DNA of 26,915 bases from a virus (Duplodnaviria; Caudoviricetes), in the IMG/VR virus record IMGVR_UViG_3300010052_000134, positions 1 through 26,915 of that record. One strand, written 5' to 3'. This document shows, piece by piece, positions 7,390 to 15,336 of the stretch. Position 1 is the stretch's first letter. Every line of letters begins with the position of its first letter. The notes below the pieces were generated by a model. That model saw nothing but the letters and a program-made list of their open reading frames with translations, ran no database searches and had not been told where the DNA came from. A program made the translations under genes and the position numbers.

Positions 7390-7436
7390 ACGGTAGGAAC
7401 AGGACGGGTTTTGAGGCAGGACGACGCGCGTCATCC
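7390..7436 (-). promoter_or_regulatory. Putative activator-dependent late promoter (PI-like)
   Basis: GGATGACGCGCGTCGTCCTGC (7436-7416) + 20 nt + TACCGT (7395-7390); identical 21-mer at 15240-15260. Confidence 0.75.
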
Positions 7437-7778
7437 GGGACGGGACAGGGAGGCAGAACCCCGCGCGAAGGCGACGCCCGGCAGGGGGGACCGGACCGAT
7501 TCCGATCCCCCGGCGCGGATTGCGCCCCAAGGCTCCCTGGAAAATGCCGCCGTCTAACGCAGAATCGTGCGCTTCTAACGCTTGTCCCGCCCCGGTCCGC
7601 ACCCTGTGGGGCGCCCCAGGGGCCGGGAGCGTTAGAAAACGAAGTCGGTTTTCGGCCGCCGGACGGCCCCGGTCTTGACCCGGCCGAGGGGGTGGCGCAT
7701 CTTGATCGCCTCGTCGCCGGGTGGGCCGTGCCCCGATATCCGGTTGGCGATGTAGGGCCTCGCCGGGAGTGCCGTTAC

Positions 7779-9017
7779 TCATCCCCGATCCCCCGTCTTC
7801 GGCTTGCGCGCGTAAACGCGATGACCGCGTCGCGCGCCGGCGAGCGCTTCGTTGCCCTGGAAGATCGTGAAGGCCGACCAGATTCCATCATCCTGATCGG
7901 CGACCAGCGCCAAGGGCCGCTTGCGTTCGTCGAGCACGACGCGCACGAAGCGACGGCGCAAACGCACGGCGCCGGTTTCCACCGATCGCGCGAAGGCCGT
8001 CCAGATTTCCGCCGGATCCTCGATCAGCTCGCGCAGCAACGGGAAGAACCGCTCGCGATGCGCGTCCATCCGTTTCGGATCGCCAAGCAAATGATCGACG
8101 ATCGCTTGATTGATCTTCACGCGCTGGCCCGTGGGATCCGCGTAGATCGCTTCGTCGCCGCCGATCGCTTTGCGCAACGCATCGCGCATCGCCTTCTCGC
8201 TGCCATCGCCGACGGGCGGTGCGAGCTCGGCTTTCGCTTCGTCGATCGGCAAGGGCGCGCGCACCTGCGGCGGCGCCACCGGCGAGACGACTTCCTCGAA
8301 CGACGCGTGCCGTTCCATCGCCAAGCGCTCTTGCGTGAAGCCTTCGCCGGCGGATTGCCCGACGTTGTAGCCAAAGCCGGTGTCGATGCCCTTGGGCACC
8401 TCGATCGTCACGTCGCCCGTCTCGGTGCGCAGTGTGCGCTGTTCCATTTCGACGGGCGGCGATTCGCCGAGCTCGTAGCCGTAGCGTTCGAGATCGCGAT
8501 CGTTCAGCGTCTGCACGGTGCAGCGGCAGTTCCAGCCGTTCGGCGGGTAATGCGTCTGCCAGAAGGGATCGTCGATCGGCAGAACCAGGCCGTGCCACGC
8601 TTGATGCTCGGGCCGCGTGCGATCGTCCAGCACGGCGACGTAGCGCATATACGGGCGGCGTTCCTTCGTGCGCTGCGCCTGTTCCCACTTGCCCGCCTGA
8701 TGCGCCATGCGGACGTTCGTGTCGAAGATCACGCGGGTGCGCCAGTTGCGACCGCCGTTGTAGGACCAGCCGTGTTGCTCGACGATGCTGTCGAAGTCCT
8801 TACGGAAGTCGCCGATCGTCGTGCCGGCCGAGATCGCCTTGTCGATCGCCGCGCGGAAATCGGCGAGCATCGCCGCATCCGTGGCGCCCGCGATGACGAA
8901 GGCGCGCGCGTGCTGCGCTTCCCACAGATCGCGCCATGTCTTCGTCGGCATCGAGTTCTTCTGACGGAAGAACTTGATCGCCTCGTCGAACGGCAAGCTG
9001 ATCGGGGATGCGGTCAT
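7779..9017 (-). CDS. Head morphogenesis protein MuF (gpF/SPP1 gp7 family) with C-terminal PBECR2-like nuclease domain
   Basis: PFDEAIKFFRQK, HARAFVIAG, WRTRVIFDTN, DDRTRPEH, DDPFW..HYPPNGWNCRC, GIDTGFGYNVG; extension with EDPAEIW...LRRRFV...FTIF...ARRGHRVYAR. Confidence 0.9.
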   Translation of the reverse strand: MTASPISLPFDEAIKFFRQKNSMPTKTWRDLWEAQHARAFVIAGATDAAMLADFRAAIDKAISAGTTIGDFRKDFDSIVEQHGWSYNGGRNWRTRVIFDTNVRMAHQAGKWEQAQRTKERRPYMRYVAVLDDRTRPEHQAWHGLVLPIDDPFWQTHYPPNGWNCRCTVQTLNDRDLERYGYELGESPPVEMEQRTLRTETGDVTIEVPKGIDTGFGYNVGQSAGEGFTQERLAMERHASFEEVVSPVAPPQVRAPLPIDEAKAELAPPVGDGSEKAMRDALRKAIGGDEAIYADPTGQRVKINQAIVDHLLGDPKRMDAHRERFFPLLRELIEDPAEIWTAFARSVETGAVRLRRRFVRVVLDERKRPLALVADQDDGIWSAFTIFQGNEALAGARRGHRVYARKPKTGDRG

Positions 9018-10615
9018 GTCGCCTCATCCGCGCCGGCGAGGCGGCCGAGCAGATTGGCGTCGCGCAGCACGGCCGCGAGCTCGTCGGGTTTGAACTCGGC
9101 CGAGAGGATCAGCAGGTCGCGGTTCAGATCCTCGAGCGATGCGGCCGAGGCGACGATCGCGCGGATCCGCTCGATGCGTGCGGCGATGATCTTCTCGGCC
9201 GCCTTGTCGCCCTTCGCTGCGATCTGGTCGGGCACGTCGCGCGCGGCCGCGTTGATCGAAGCGAGCGCAGTCGCGAGCTGATCGAGCGGCGTGCCGCCCT
9301 GCGGCGGCGCACCGGGGAAAACAGGCGCGGGTGTCGCCGGCGCGCGCAATAGCTTCCCGTCCTTCGCGGGCTCGGGCCAGCCGAGCTTGTCGCGTACGAC
9401 CGAGGCTTCGACCTCCATCCCCATCGGCACAAGCTTCTCCAGCGCGCTCGTCATCTTTTCGATGTCGAACACTTCGGGCGCCTGGAAGCGCAGCTGCGGA
9501 ACCTTGGCGTCGGGACCGAAATTGAAAGCGACCGCCGGCGTCAGCAGACATTTGCGGATCGCCATCGCGAGCATCATCGCGTCGGCGTCGCGGATGTCGC
9601 CCCGGACTTCGTTGTGTTCCTTCGAGACGGCATGGCCGCCGGACACCGCATCCGTCGTCGTGGTCTGGCCGAGCACCAGTTTCGAGAGCAGGAGATCGCA
9701 ATAGTCGGCGAGATCGCGATAGAGCTTGCCGTCGCGATTGCCGCCGGCTTCGACGAACTCGATCAGCATCGAGGCGGGGATGATCGCGCCGGCATCGCTG
9801 GCCATCTGCGCGACCGCGCGCATCAAGGTGCGTTTCTGTTCGGGCGTCGCGTTGTTCGGATACTTACCGATCCGAACCGGCATGCCGTAGACCTCGGCGA
9901 ATTGGACCCACGCCTTCATGTCGAACGACTTGAACAGCCATAGCCAGGCCGCCGTGCGCGCGATGCCCGAGCGCGGCGTCGTGCCCGACTTCGACTTGAT
10001 CGCAAGGGTGATGAACTTGCCGGGCGCGAGCGGCTTGTAGCCCGGCACGCCTCGGCCGCCCGGACGCGCGGGCTCGCCGTGGCCCTGCTCGCCGGGCGTG
10101 GCGCGGATCAGCGGCGTGCTGCGATCGTCGGGATCGAAGCCGAGATGGCGCGGGTCCACCCAGGCATAACCCTTCGGGGTCCATCGCGCCGTCGTGTTCC
10201 ACAGCGTCTCGGTGACGCTGAAGCCTTTGCCGATCGCGTCGAGCATATCGAACAGCGATGCCCGGAATACGTCGTCGCCGACGATCTCGCGGCAGAACTC
10301 CGCGATCTCAACGTCGCGCGCATCGTCGGTGACGGCTTCGATGACGGGATCGAGTGCGGCGACGGCGAGCTTGCGCGTGCGCAGCACGGCGACGTAATGC
10401 GCGTCGCGCTCTTCGATGCGCTCGGCGAGCGCGTAATAGGCGGACGTGTCGCCGTCCTCGGCTTCGCGCAGCAGCTGCGCCAGTGCCACCGGCGTGATGC
10501 CGGTCGCCGGATCCTCGGCCTCCGGCCGGCGCACGCCCATGACGGTGGGTTCGGCTTCGCGATCGCGCAAGCGCGACATGTCGATCGGGAAGCCATCGGC
10601 ATCGAGCAGCGGCAT
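9014..10615 (-). CDS. Portal protein (DUF935 / Mu gp29)
   Basis: EERDAHY..VLRTRKLAV, DAIGKGFSVTE..W, WVQFAEVYGMPVRIGKY, SKLVLGQTTTT, HNEVRGDI. Confidence 0.95.
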   Translation of the reverse strand: MPLLDADGFPIDMSRLRDREAEPTVMGVRRPEAEDPATGITPVALAQLLREAEDGDTSAYYALAERIEERDAHYVAVLRTRKLAVAALDPVIEAVTDDARDVEIAEFCREIVGDDVFRASLFDMLDAIGKGFSVTETLWNTTARWTPKGYAWVDPRHLGFDPDDRSTPLIRATPGEQGHGEPARPGGRGVPGYKPLAPGKFITLAIKSKSGTTPRSGIARTAAWLWLFKSFDMKAWVQFAEVYGMPVRIGKYPNNATPEQKRTLMRAVAQMASDAGAIIPASMLIEFVEAGGNRDGKLYRDLADYCDLLLSKLVLGQTTTTDAVSGGHAVSKEHNEVRGDIRDADAMMLAMAIRKCLLTPAVAFNFGPDAKVPQLRFQAPEVFDIEKMTSALEKLVPMGMEVEASVVRDKLGWPEPAKDGKLLRAPATPAPVFPGAPPQGGTPLDQLATALASINAAARDVPDQIAAKGDKAAEKIIAARIERIRAIVASAASLEDLNRDLLILSAEFKPDELAAVLRDANLLGRLAGADEAT

Positions 10616-12288
10616 CAGTAGGCTCCCCCGGCGAACAGGCCGTGATGTTGATCGTCGTCGTCTTCGCGCGGGCGCATCGACATGCGGTCACCGTCGGCCG
10701 GTGCTTCGGGTTTGGGCAACGCGTCGTAGCCAAAGGCGACCGGGTTAATCAGGCAGGCGTATCGTGCGAGCGCTGCCGCGATACCGGCGTCGGCGTGACG
10801 CTTCTGGCCATCGCTGCCGTCGCGTTCCGCGTTATCGGGAAGGCGTGCGACACCCTTGACCAATTGGAACTGAAGCAGATCGCCGGCGACGTCCGTATCT
10901 CTCGGCACGTCGAAGAGATCGTCGTCGAGCCCCGCTTTGAGCTTGGGCATGTTGTCGCGATACCAGCCCTCGTTGAGCTGGATCGTGTGAACGTTCTCGC
11001 CGTAACGATCGCGCGCGGCCTCGGCCAACTGCGCGCCGTTGCCGCCGGCATCCATCGCGCCTCCGTCGAATCGATCGGCGATCGCATCGACGATGTGAAA
11101 CAAGATTTGTTCCTGCTGCACGAAGGGGACGTTGCGCATCTCCAGAAGGAAGGGCGGCGACCAGCCGAGATCGTCACGTTGCTGAATCGGCCAGAGAACG
11201 GAGCGGTGGACCTTGCGCGCGAAGTCCCAGCCGAATGCGCAACGCCGCGTCGGATGAAGCGAGGCGAGGATAGGATCGACATTGGCGATCAGCCAATCCG
11301 CCATTTCCTGTTTGCGCTCTTGCTTCGTCCGCAGGGCGAACGCGTCGTCGAGGGAAAGTCGAAGGACCGGCACGTCGATCGCGCGCCGCTCGATCAGGCT
11401 GCGGTTCAGCCATGTGCCCGTGCCTTGCGACGGGATCACGTCGAGTTCCTCGGCGGCACCGGCGGCATAGTAGCCGTAGATGTCGTCGGCCCATTCCTTC
11501 TCGGCCTCGGCCGACCACTTCTTGCCGGTGACGTAACAGACGCGCTTGTAGAGCCCGGCGGCGAGCGCATCCTTGAACGTCGTGCGGATGACCTTGCCCT
11601 TGCGGCGCTTCGCGCGGATATCTTCGATCAGCTTGTTGAACGGGTTCTCGGTCCCGTTATGCGACGAGATGACGACGACGCTGCCGCCCCAGATCAGCAG
11701 CGCCAGAGCCGCCTTCAGCACTTCGTCCAGATCGTCGTGGAACGCGGCTTCGTCGATGATGACGATGCCCTGGCGGCCGCGCAGCGATCGAGGCTTGGAC
11801 GTGAGCGCCACGATCTCGAAACCCGATGCGAACTTGATGCGGAAGGCGCCGACGCCCTTCTCCGATCCGTCGTCGAACAGGAACTCCTGCACCGACGCAG
11901 CGGCAGGCTCGATCGCTCGCGCGAAGGCGGCGCACACGTCCACGAACTCGCGGGTCATGTCGAGCGCGTAGCCAAGATACAGCACGTCCTGGCCACCGCT
12001 CGTCTTCGCCTTCGCCGCGTTCAATACGGCAAACGAAGCGACTGCCCAGGTGATGCCGATGCGTCGCGACTTCTCGTAGACCAACAGGGCTTCGGTCGAG
12101 GCGCTGCTAAACAGGTTCTTCTGATAGGACAGCAGAACGTCTTCGACCTGGCGCCCGGCAACGGCCTGCTCGACTTGGCGCTGTACCTCGGCCGCGTCGT
12201 ACTTCGCGCGCTCCGGTGCCTCGCGCGCCGGCGCCTTGGCTTTCGGAGCCTTGGCCTTCGATGCCTTGGGTTTGCGCGCGGCGGTCAT
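10615..12288 (-). CDS. Terminase large subunit (Mu gp28-like)
   Basis: YQ motif, EKSRRIGITW (Walker A), LRGRQG.VIIDEAAFH (Walker B), ISSHNG, GWDFAR, MDAGGNG, HAD nuclease motifs. Confidence 0.95.
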   Translation of the reverse strand: MTAARKPKASKAKAPKAKAPAREAPERAKYDAAEVQRQVEQAVAGRQVEDVLLSYQKNLFSSASTEALLVYEKSRRIGITWAVASFAVLNAAKAKTSGGQDVLYLGYALDMTREFVDVCAAFARAIEPAAASVQEFLFDDGSEKGVGAFRIKFASGFEIVALTSKPRSLRGRQGIVIIDEAAFHDDLDEVLKAALALLIWGGSVVVISSHNGTENPFNKLIEDIRAKRRKGKVIRTTFKDALAAGLYKRVCYVTGKKWSAEAEKEWADDIYGYYAAGAAEELDVIPSQGTGTWLNRSLIERRAIDVPVLRLSLDDAFALRTKQERKQEMADWLIANVDPILASLHPTRRCAFGWDFARKVHRSVLWPIQQRDDLGWSPPFLLEMRNVPFVQQEQILFHIVDAIADRFDGGAMDAGGNGAQLAEAARDRYGENVHTIQLNEGWYRDNMPKLKAGLDDDLFDVPRDTDVAGDLLQFQLVKGVARLPDNAERDGSDGQKRHADAGIAAALARYACLINPVAFGYDALPKPEAPADGDRMSMRPREDDDDQHHGLFAGGAY

Positions 12289-12842
12289 ACGGACTTCGAA
12301 GCCGGGGGCGTCACGCCGAGGATCCGCGCGGCGATCGTGTCGGCGAGTTGCGCCGAGATGCCGCCTTCGCGCGCCGTGGTCTTCGCGATTTCCGCCGCAC
12401 GTTCGCGGACACGCTTCTCGACCTTCTCGGTGAACGCGGCGTTGTCGCGGCTGGCGGCCGTCAACGACTTGATCGCGGATCCCAGGAACATCGCTTCCTG
12501 CGGATCGAGGGAAAGCGCCTTGCCGTCTTCGCCCATCATCAGCCGCGTTAGAAGCGACTGCGCGAGCTCGGTGTTCAAACGCTGCACGTCGCCTTCGCCG
12601 CGCTCGCCCAGACCCGAGACCAGCGCCGTCGCGGCCTCGCGGCTTTCCTTGAGAAGCTCCTGCATTGCGTCGATCCGCTTAGTGTAGCGGCCCATCGCGG
12701 AACGCGAGATCGTCACGTCGGGCGTAGCGCCTTTCAGGCGTTCGAGGATGTCGTCGATCGACAGCCCTTCCTCCGAGCGGAGACGGCCGATCTCCTTGCG
12801 GATGGACAGCGGGAGTTTCTCGATCGACGATTTGCGCGCCAC
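12285..12842 (-). CDS. DUF3486 / Mu gp27-like (probable terminase small subunit)
   Basis: GTG start, (M)ARKSSIEKLP...ISRSAMGRY...GISAQLADTIAARILG; GAGGG RBS. Confidence 0.88.
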   Translation of the reverse strand: MARKSSIEKLPLSIRKEIGRLRSEEGLSIDDILERLKGATPDVTISRSAMGRYTKRIDAMQELLKESREAATALVSGLGERGEGDVQRLNTELAQSLLTRLMMGEDGKALSLDPQEAMFLGSAIKSLTAASRDNAAFTEKVEKRVRERAAEIAKTTAREGGISAQLADTIAARILGVTPPASKSV

Positions 12843-12849
12843 GTCGCCC

Positions 12850-13143
12850 TCACTTCGCCGAGGGCTTTTTGACGCCGGGCACGGTCGAGCGGCCGGCGGC
12901 AACATCCTCGCCGCGCTCCGTCATCGTGGCGACGATCAGCGCGTCGAAAGCTTGGGTGCGGATCAGCCCTTGCTCCTTGAGCCAGGCCATCTCCGTCCGG
13001 ACCTGATCGCGCGACGCATTGATGCCCACGGAGCGGACCACGTCGGTGACGATCGAATCGTTCGCGCTGTACTCCGGCGAATTCTTCAGCGTGCGCAAAA
13101 TCGAGCTGCGCAAATGCTGGCGCCATTGTTCGTGCAGATCCAT
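12850..13143 (-). CDS. Mu gp26-like winged-helix protein
   Basis: R.SILRTL...YSANDS, SRDQVRTEMAWLKEQGL, TERGEDVAAGR..VPGVKKP; ATG at 13143 in a TGATG overlap (track uses TTG at 13146). Confidence 0.88.
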   Translation of the reverse strand: MDLHEQWRQHLRSSILRTLKNSPEYSANDSIVTDVVRSVGINASRDQVRTEMAWLKEQGLIRTQAFDALIVATMTERGEDVAAGRSTVPGVKKPSAK

Positions 13144-13526
13144 CAACGTGCCCCCCGCGCGTCGGCAATGATGTTCTCGTGGCGCACGACGGTGTCGCGA
13201 AGTTCGACGATGTCTTTCTCGATGGCCGTCGTCGAAACGCGCATCGCTTTCAACTCGCCGCCCACATCGCGCACGGCGAGCGCCAGTTCGTGCAGATCGT
13301 CTTTGGTCGGCAGGTTCTCGACCGCGTGGCTAAGCCGCTCGATGATCGATGTCAGCTTGCCCATGCGCTCGGACCCCGCTTCGAAGCGGGTGTTCGTTTC
13401 GCGCACGTAGGCCTCGAAATCCTCTTTCGAGACGAACTTGCCCTTCAGCGTCCAAAGGACATACGTGCCGACGGCACCGACGATGCCGACGAGGTAGTAG
13501 CCGATCGAAGCGAAGTCCCAATTCAT
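13143..13526 (-). CDS. DUF2730 / Mu gp25-like membrane-anchored coiled-coil protein
   Basis: N-terminal hydrophobic segment, FVSKEDF, VENLPTKDDLHEL.L.V..V.GELK. Confidence 0.8.
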   Translation of the reverse strand: MNWDFASIGYYLVGIVGAVGTYVLWTLKGKFVSKEDFEAYVRETNTRFEAGSERMGKLTSIIERLSHAVENLPTKDDLHELALAVRDVGGELKAMRVSTTAIEKDIVELRDTVVRHENIIADARGAR

Positions 13527-13711
13527 CACGCGCCTTTCCCACATTGCCCGCCGCAGTCGAGCGAGTCGGGCGCTTCATCAAGCAGATCGGCCGAAAGCGG
13601 ATCGCCGCAGCGAACGCACATGCGGCCCTTCGGCCGCGCGCGCACGACGGCGATGCGCGCATCGCGTTCGAGAATTTCACGCGTCTGCGCTTCGTCGGCT
13701 TCGCTGCTCAC
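13526..13711 (-). CDS. Small TraR/DksA-like C4 zinc-finger protein, 61 aa
   Basis: GTG start in a GTGA overlap; SEADEAQTREILERDARIA...CVRCGDPL...P...CGGQC. Confidence 0.65.
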   Translation of the reverse strand: MSSEADEAQTREILERDARIAVVRARPKGRMCVRCGDPLSADLLDEAPDSLDCGGQCGKGA

Positions 13712-14325
13712 GATTTCTTCCCCGTCGCCGGCGGCGCGGCGGCCGCGGGGTTTCGCTTCGTCACGCGATCGATGATCGTCTCGAACATCGAAGGCACCCC
13801 GGCGGCGCGCGCTTTGTCGCGCGAGCGTTGATAGACGCCGACGCCCAGCACGGCGAGCGCCACCATCCACATTTCGCTCATCGCCTCGAACAGCGCGGCG
13901 AGCCCCTCGAAGATGATCCGGGCCTTGTCCGCTTCGCCGAAGATCACGATTCCGATCGCGGCGATGACGGCGACGCACGCCGTGTAGGTTTGGACCTGCC
14001 ACGCATAGGCCGAGGCATAGCCCCAGAACGGGCGCCAGCGCCGGGTGTACTCGTCATCGGCCTGCGCTTCGACGCGCATCGTCGCGTTAACTTCGCGCAG
14101 GACCTCGCGATATTCTTCGCTGTCGAGCTTGGCCATCGCTTCGACGTGGCGGTTCGCTTCGGCGAGTTGCTCGGGCGTGATCTGCTTGGTGGAGATCGCA
14201 GCCGTCACGTCGGCCAGGGCGCCGGCGGCCGCCTTGGCGGCCGGATGCTCGACCTTCTCCAGCGCGCCGCCGATCCATTTTGCGAGAAGCGGAAGACCGG
14301 CTTGAAGCAAGAGTGCGGGGATCAT
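13708..14325 (-). CDS. 3TM-type holin (GTA holin-like)
   Basis: VNATMRVEAQADDEYTRRWRPFWGY, hydrophobic helices, LAVLGVGVYQRSRDK. Confidence 0.85.
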   Translation of the reverse strand: MIPALLLQAGLPLLAKWIGGALEKVEHPAAKAAAGALADVTAAISTKQITPEQLAEANRHVEAMAKLDSEEYREVLREVNATMRVEAQADDEYTRRWRPFWGYASAYAWQVQTYTACVAVIAAIGIVIFGEADKARIIFEGLAALFEAMSEMWMVALAVLGVGVYQRSRDKARAAGVPSMFETIIDRVTKRNPAAAAPPATGKKS

Positions 14326-14332
14326 GGCGCGT

Positions 14333-14512
14333 TCACCCGAACAGCGCGACAAAGGCGTCGATGAAGAACGCCCCGCCGGCGACGGCGACGAGACCGGCGA
14401 CCACGTAATGCGTGACGGTCCGGCAATCCTCGAACCAGCTCGCGCCCGTGTAGACGAGACCCGTGCCGGCGCAGAGTTCGAGAATGCGCGCGATCTGGTT
14501 GATTGCTTCCAT
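14333..14512 (-). CDS. Small two-helix membrane protein, 59 aa (absent from ORF track)
   Basis: Manual translation MEAINQIARILELCAGTGLVYTGASWFEDCRTVTHYVVAGLVAVAGGAFFIDAFVALFG*; exactly fills the gap in the lysis cassette. Confidence 0.65.
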   Translation of the reverse strand: MEAINQIARILELCAGTGLVYTGASWFEDCRTVTHYVVAGLVAVAGGAFFIDAFVALFG

Positions 14513-14521
14513 CTGCGCGCT

Positions 14522-14695
14522 TCAGCCGACTAAGGATTTCAGGGCGCTGATGGCGATGACCACGCCGCAGATGAAAAGCACGATGCCGAAGATGGCACCG
14601 GACGTGTTACCCGAGCTCTTGGCACCGGCACCGCCGATAAGCGCAAGCAGGGCGCCAATGATGAGAAGGAAAACGTCGAGGGCATTGGCGAACAT
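14522..14695 (-). CDS. Small two-TM membrane protein, 57 aa
   Basis: MFANALDVFLLIIGALLALIGGAGAKSSGNTSGAIFGIVLFICGVVIAISALKSLVG*; GAGGT RBS. Confidence 0.75.
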   Translation of the reverse strand: MFANALDVFLLIIGALLALIGGAGAKSSGNTSGAIFGIVLFICGVVIAISALKSLVG

Positions 14696-14703
14696 GATTG
14701 ACC

Positions 14704-15207
14704 TCACGCGACGATGACGGGGACGCGGGCGACCGCTTGCATCAATCCGGAATCGAACTCGCGCGCGTCGATCAGCGCGGCTTGTTCGTGCCCGCATTCC
14801 ATGCGGAAGATCGTGTTGAGTGCCAAGCGCAGCTTCGTGATGTTGACGCGCGAGTCGCCATCGCGAAGGCCGAAGTCCTCGTCGCGGCCGACATTCATTT
14901 CCTTCGCGAAGAACGAAATATAGGCTTCGGTGTTGTTGCCGACGTTCACGCCCGCGCTGTTCACATGATTCGGCGGCGCGTACTCGGTGATGATCGTGCT
15001 GGGCGTACGCTTGCGCTTCTTGCCGTAGTCGTTGAGCAGATCGAGGCCGGCGGCGCGAATGCCCTTGGCCATCGTTTTGAAGATGCAGCGGCCTTCCGAG
15101 TCACGGCCCACCAGGCCTTCCCACGGAATGCCGTTGTCCATCAGGTTGCCGGGATTGTTGTTCCGGATACCGGCGACGAGCTTCGCGGGGAAGGGTTTGC
15201 TTTCCAT
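14704..15207 (-). CDS. Probable endolysin, lysozyme-like 'structural protein P5' family
   Basis: GIRNNNPGNL, F.T...GIRA, IITEYAPP, NNTEAYI, RMECG motifs; first gene of the lysis/late operon. Confidence 0.8.
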   Translation of the reverse strand: MESKPFPAKLVAGIRNNNPGNLMDNGIPWEGLVGRDSEGRCIFKTMAKGIRAAGLDLLNDYGKKRKRTPSTIITEYAPPNHVNSAGVNVGNNTEAYISFFAKEMNVGRDEDFGLRDGDSRVNITKLRLALNTIFRMECGHEQAALIDAREFDSGLMQAVARVPVIVA

Positions 15208-15213
15208 CCCGCG

Positions 15214-15260
15214 ACGATGGCGGGCTTTGCGTCACGAACGCAGGACGACGCGCGTCATCC
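15214..15260 (-). promoter_or_regulatory. Putative activator-dependent late promoter (Plys-like)
   Basis: GGATGACGCGCGTCGTCCTGC (15260-15240) + 20 nt + CATCGT (15219-15214) + 6 nt + ATG. Confidence 0.75.
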
Positions 15261-15336
15261 CGCGCCACGCCTTCGGATCGAATGCAGGCTTCGCCGTTAG
15301 AGCGCTTTGAGTCAAGCGCCCCGCACGGGGCCGTTT

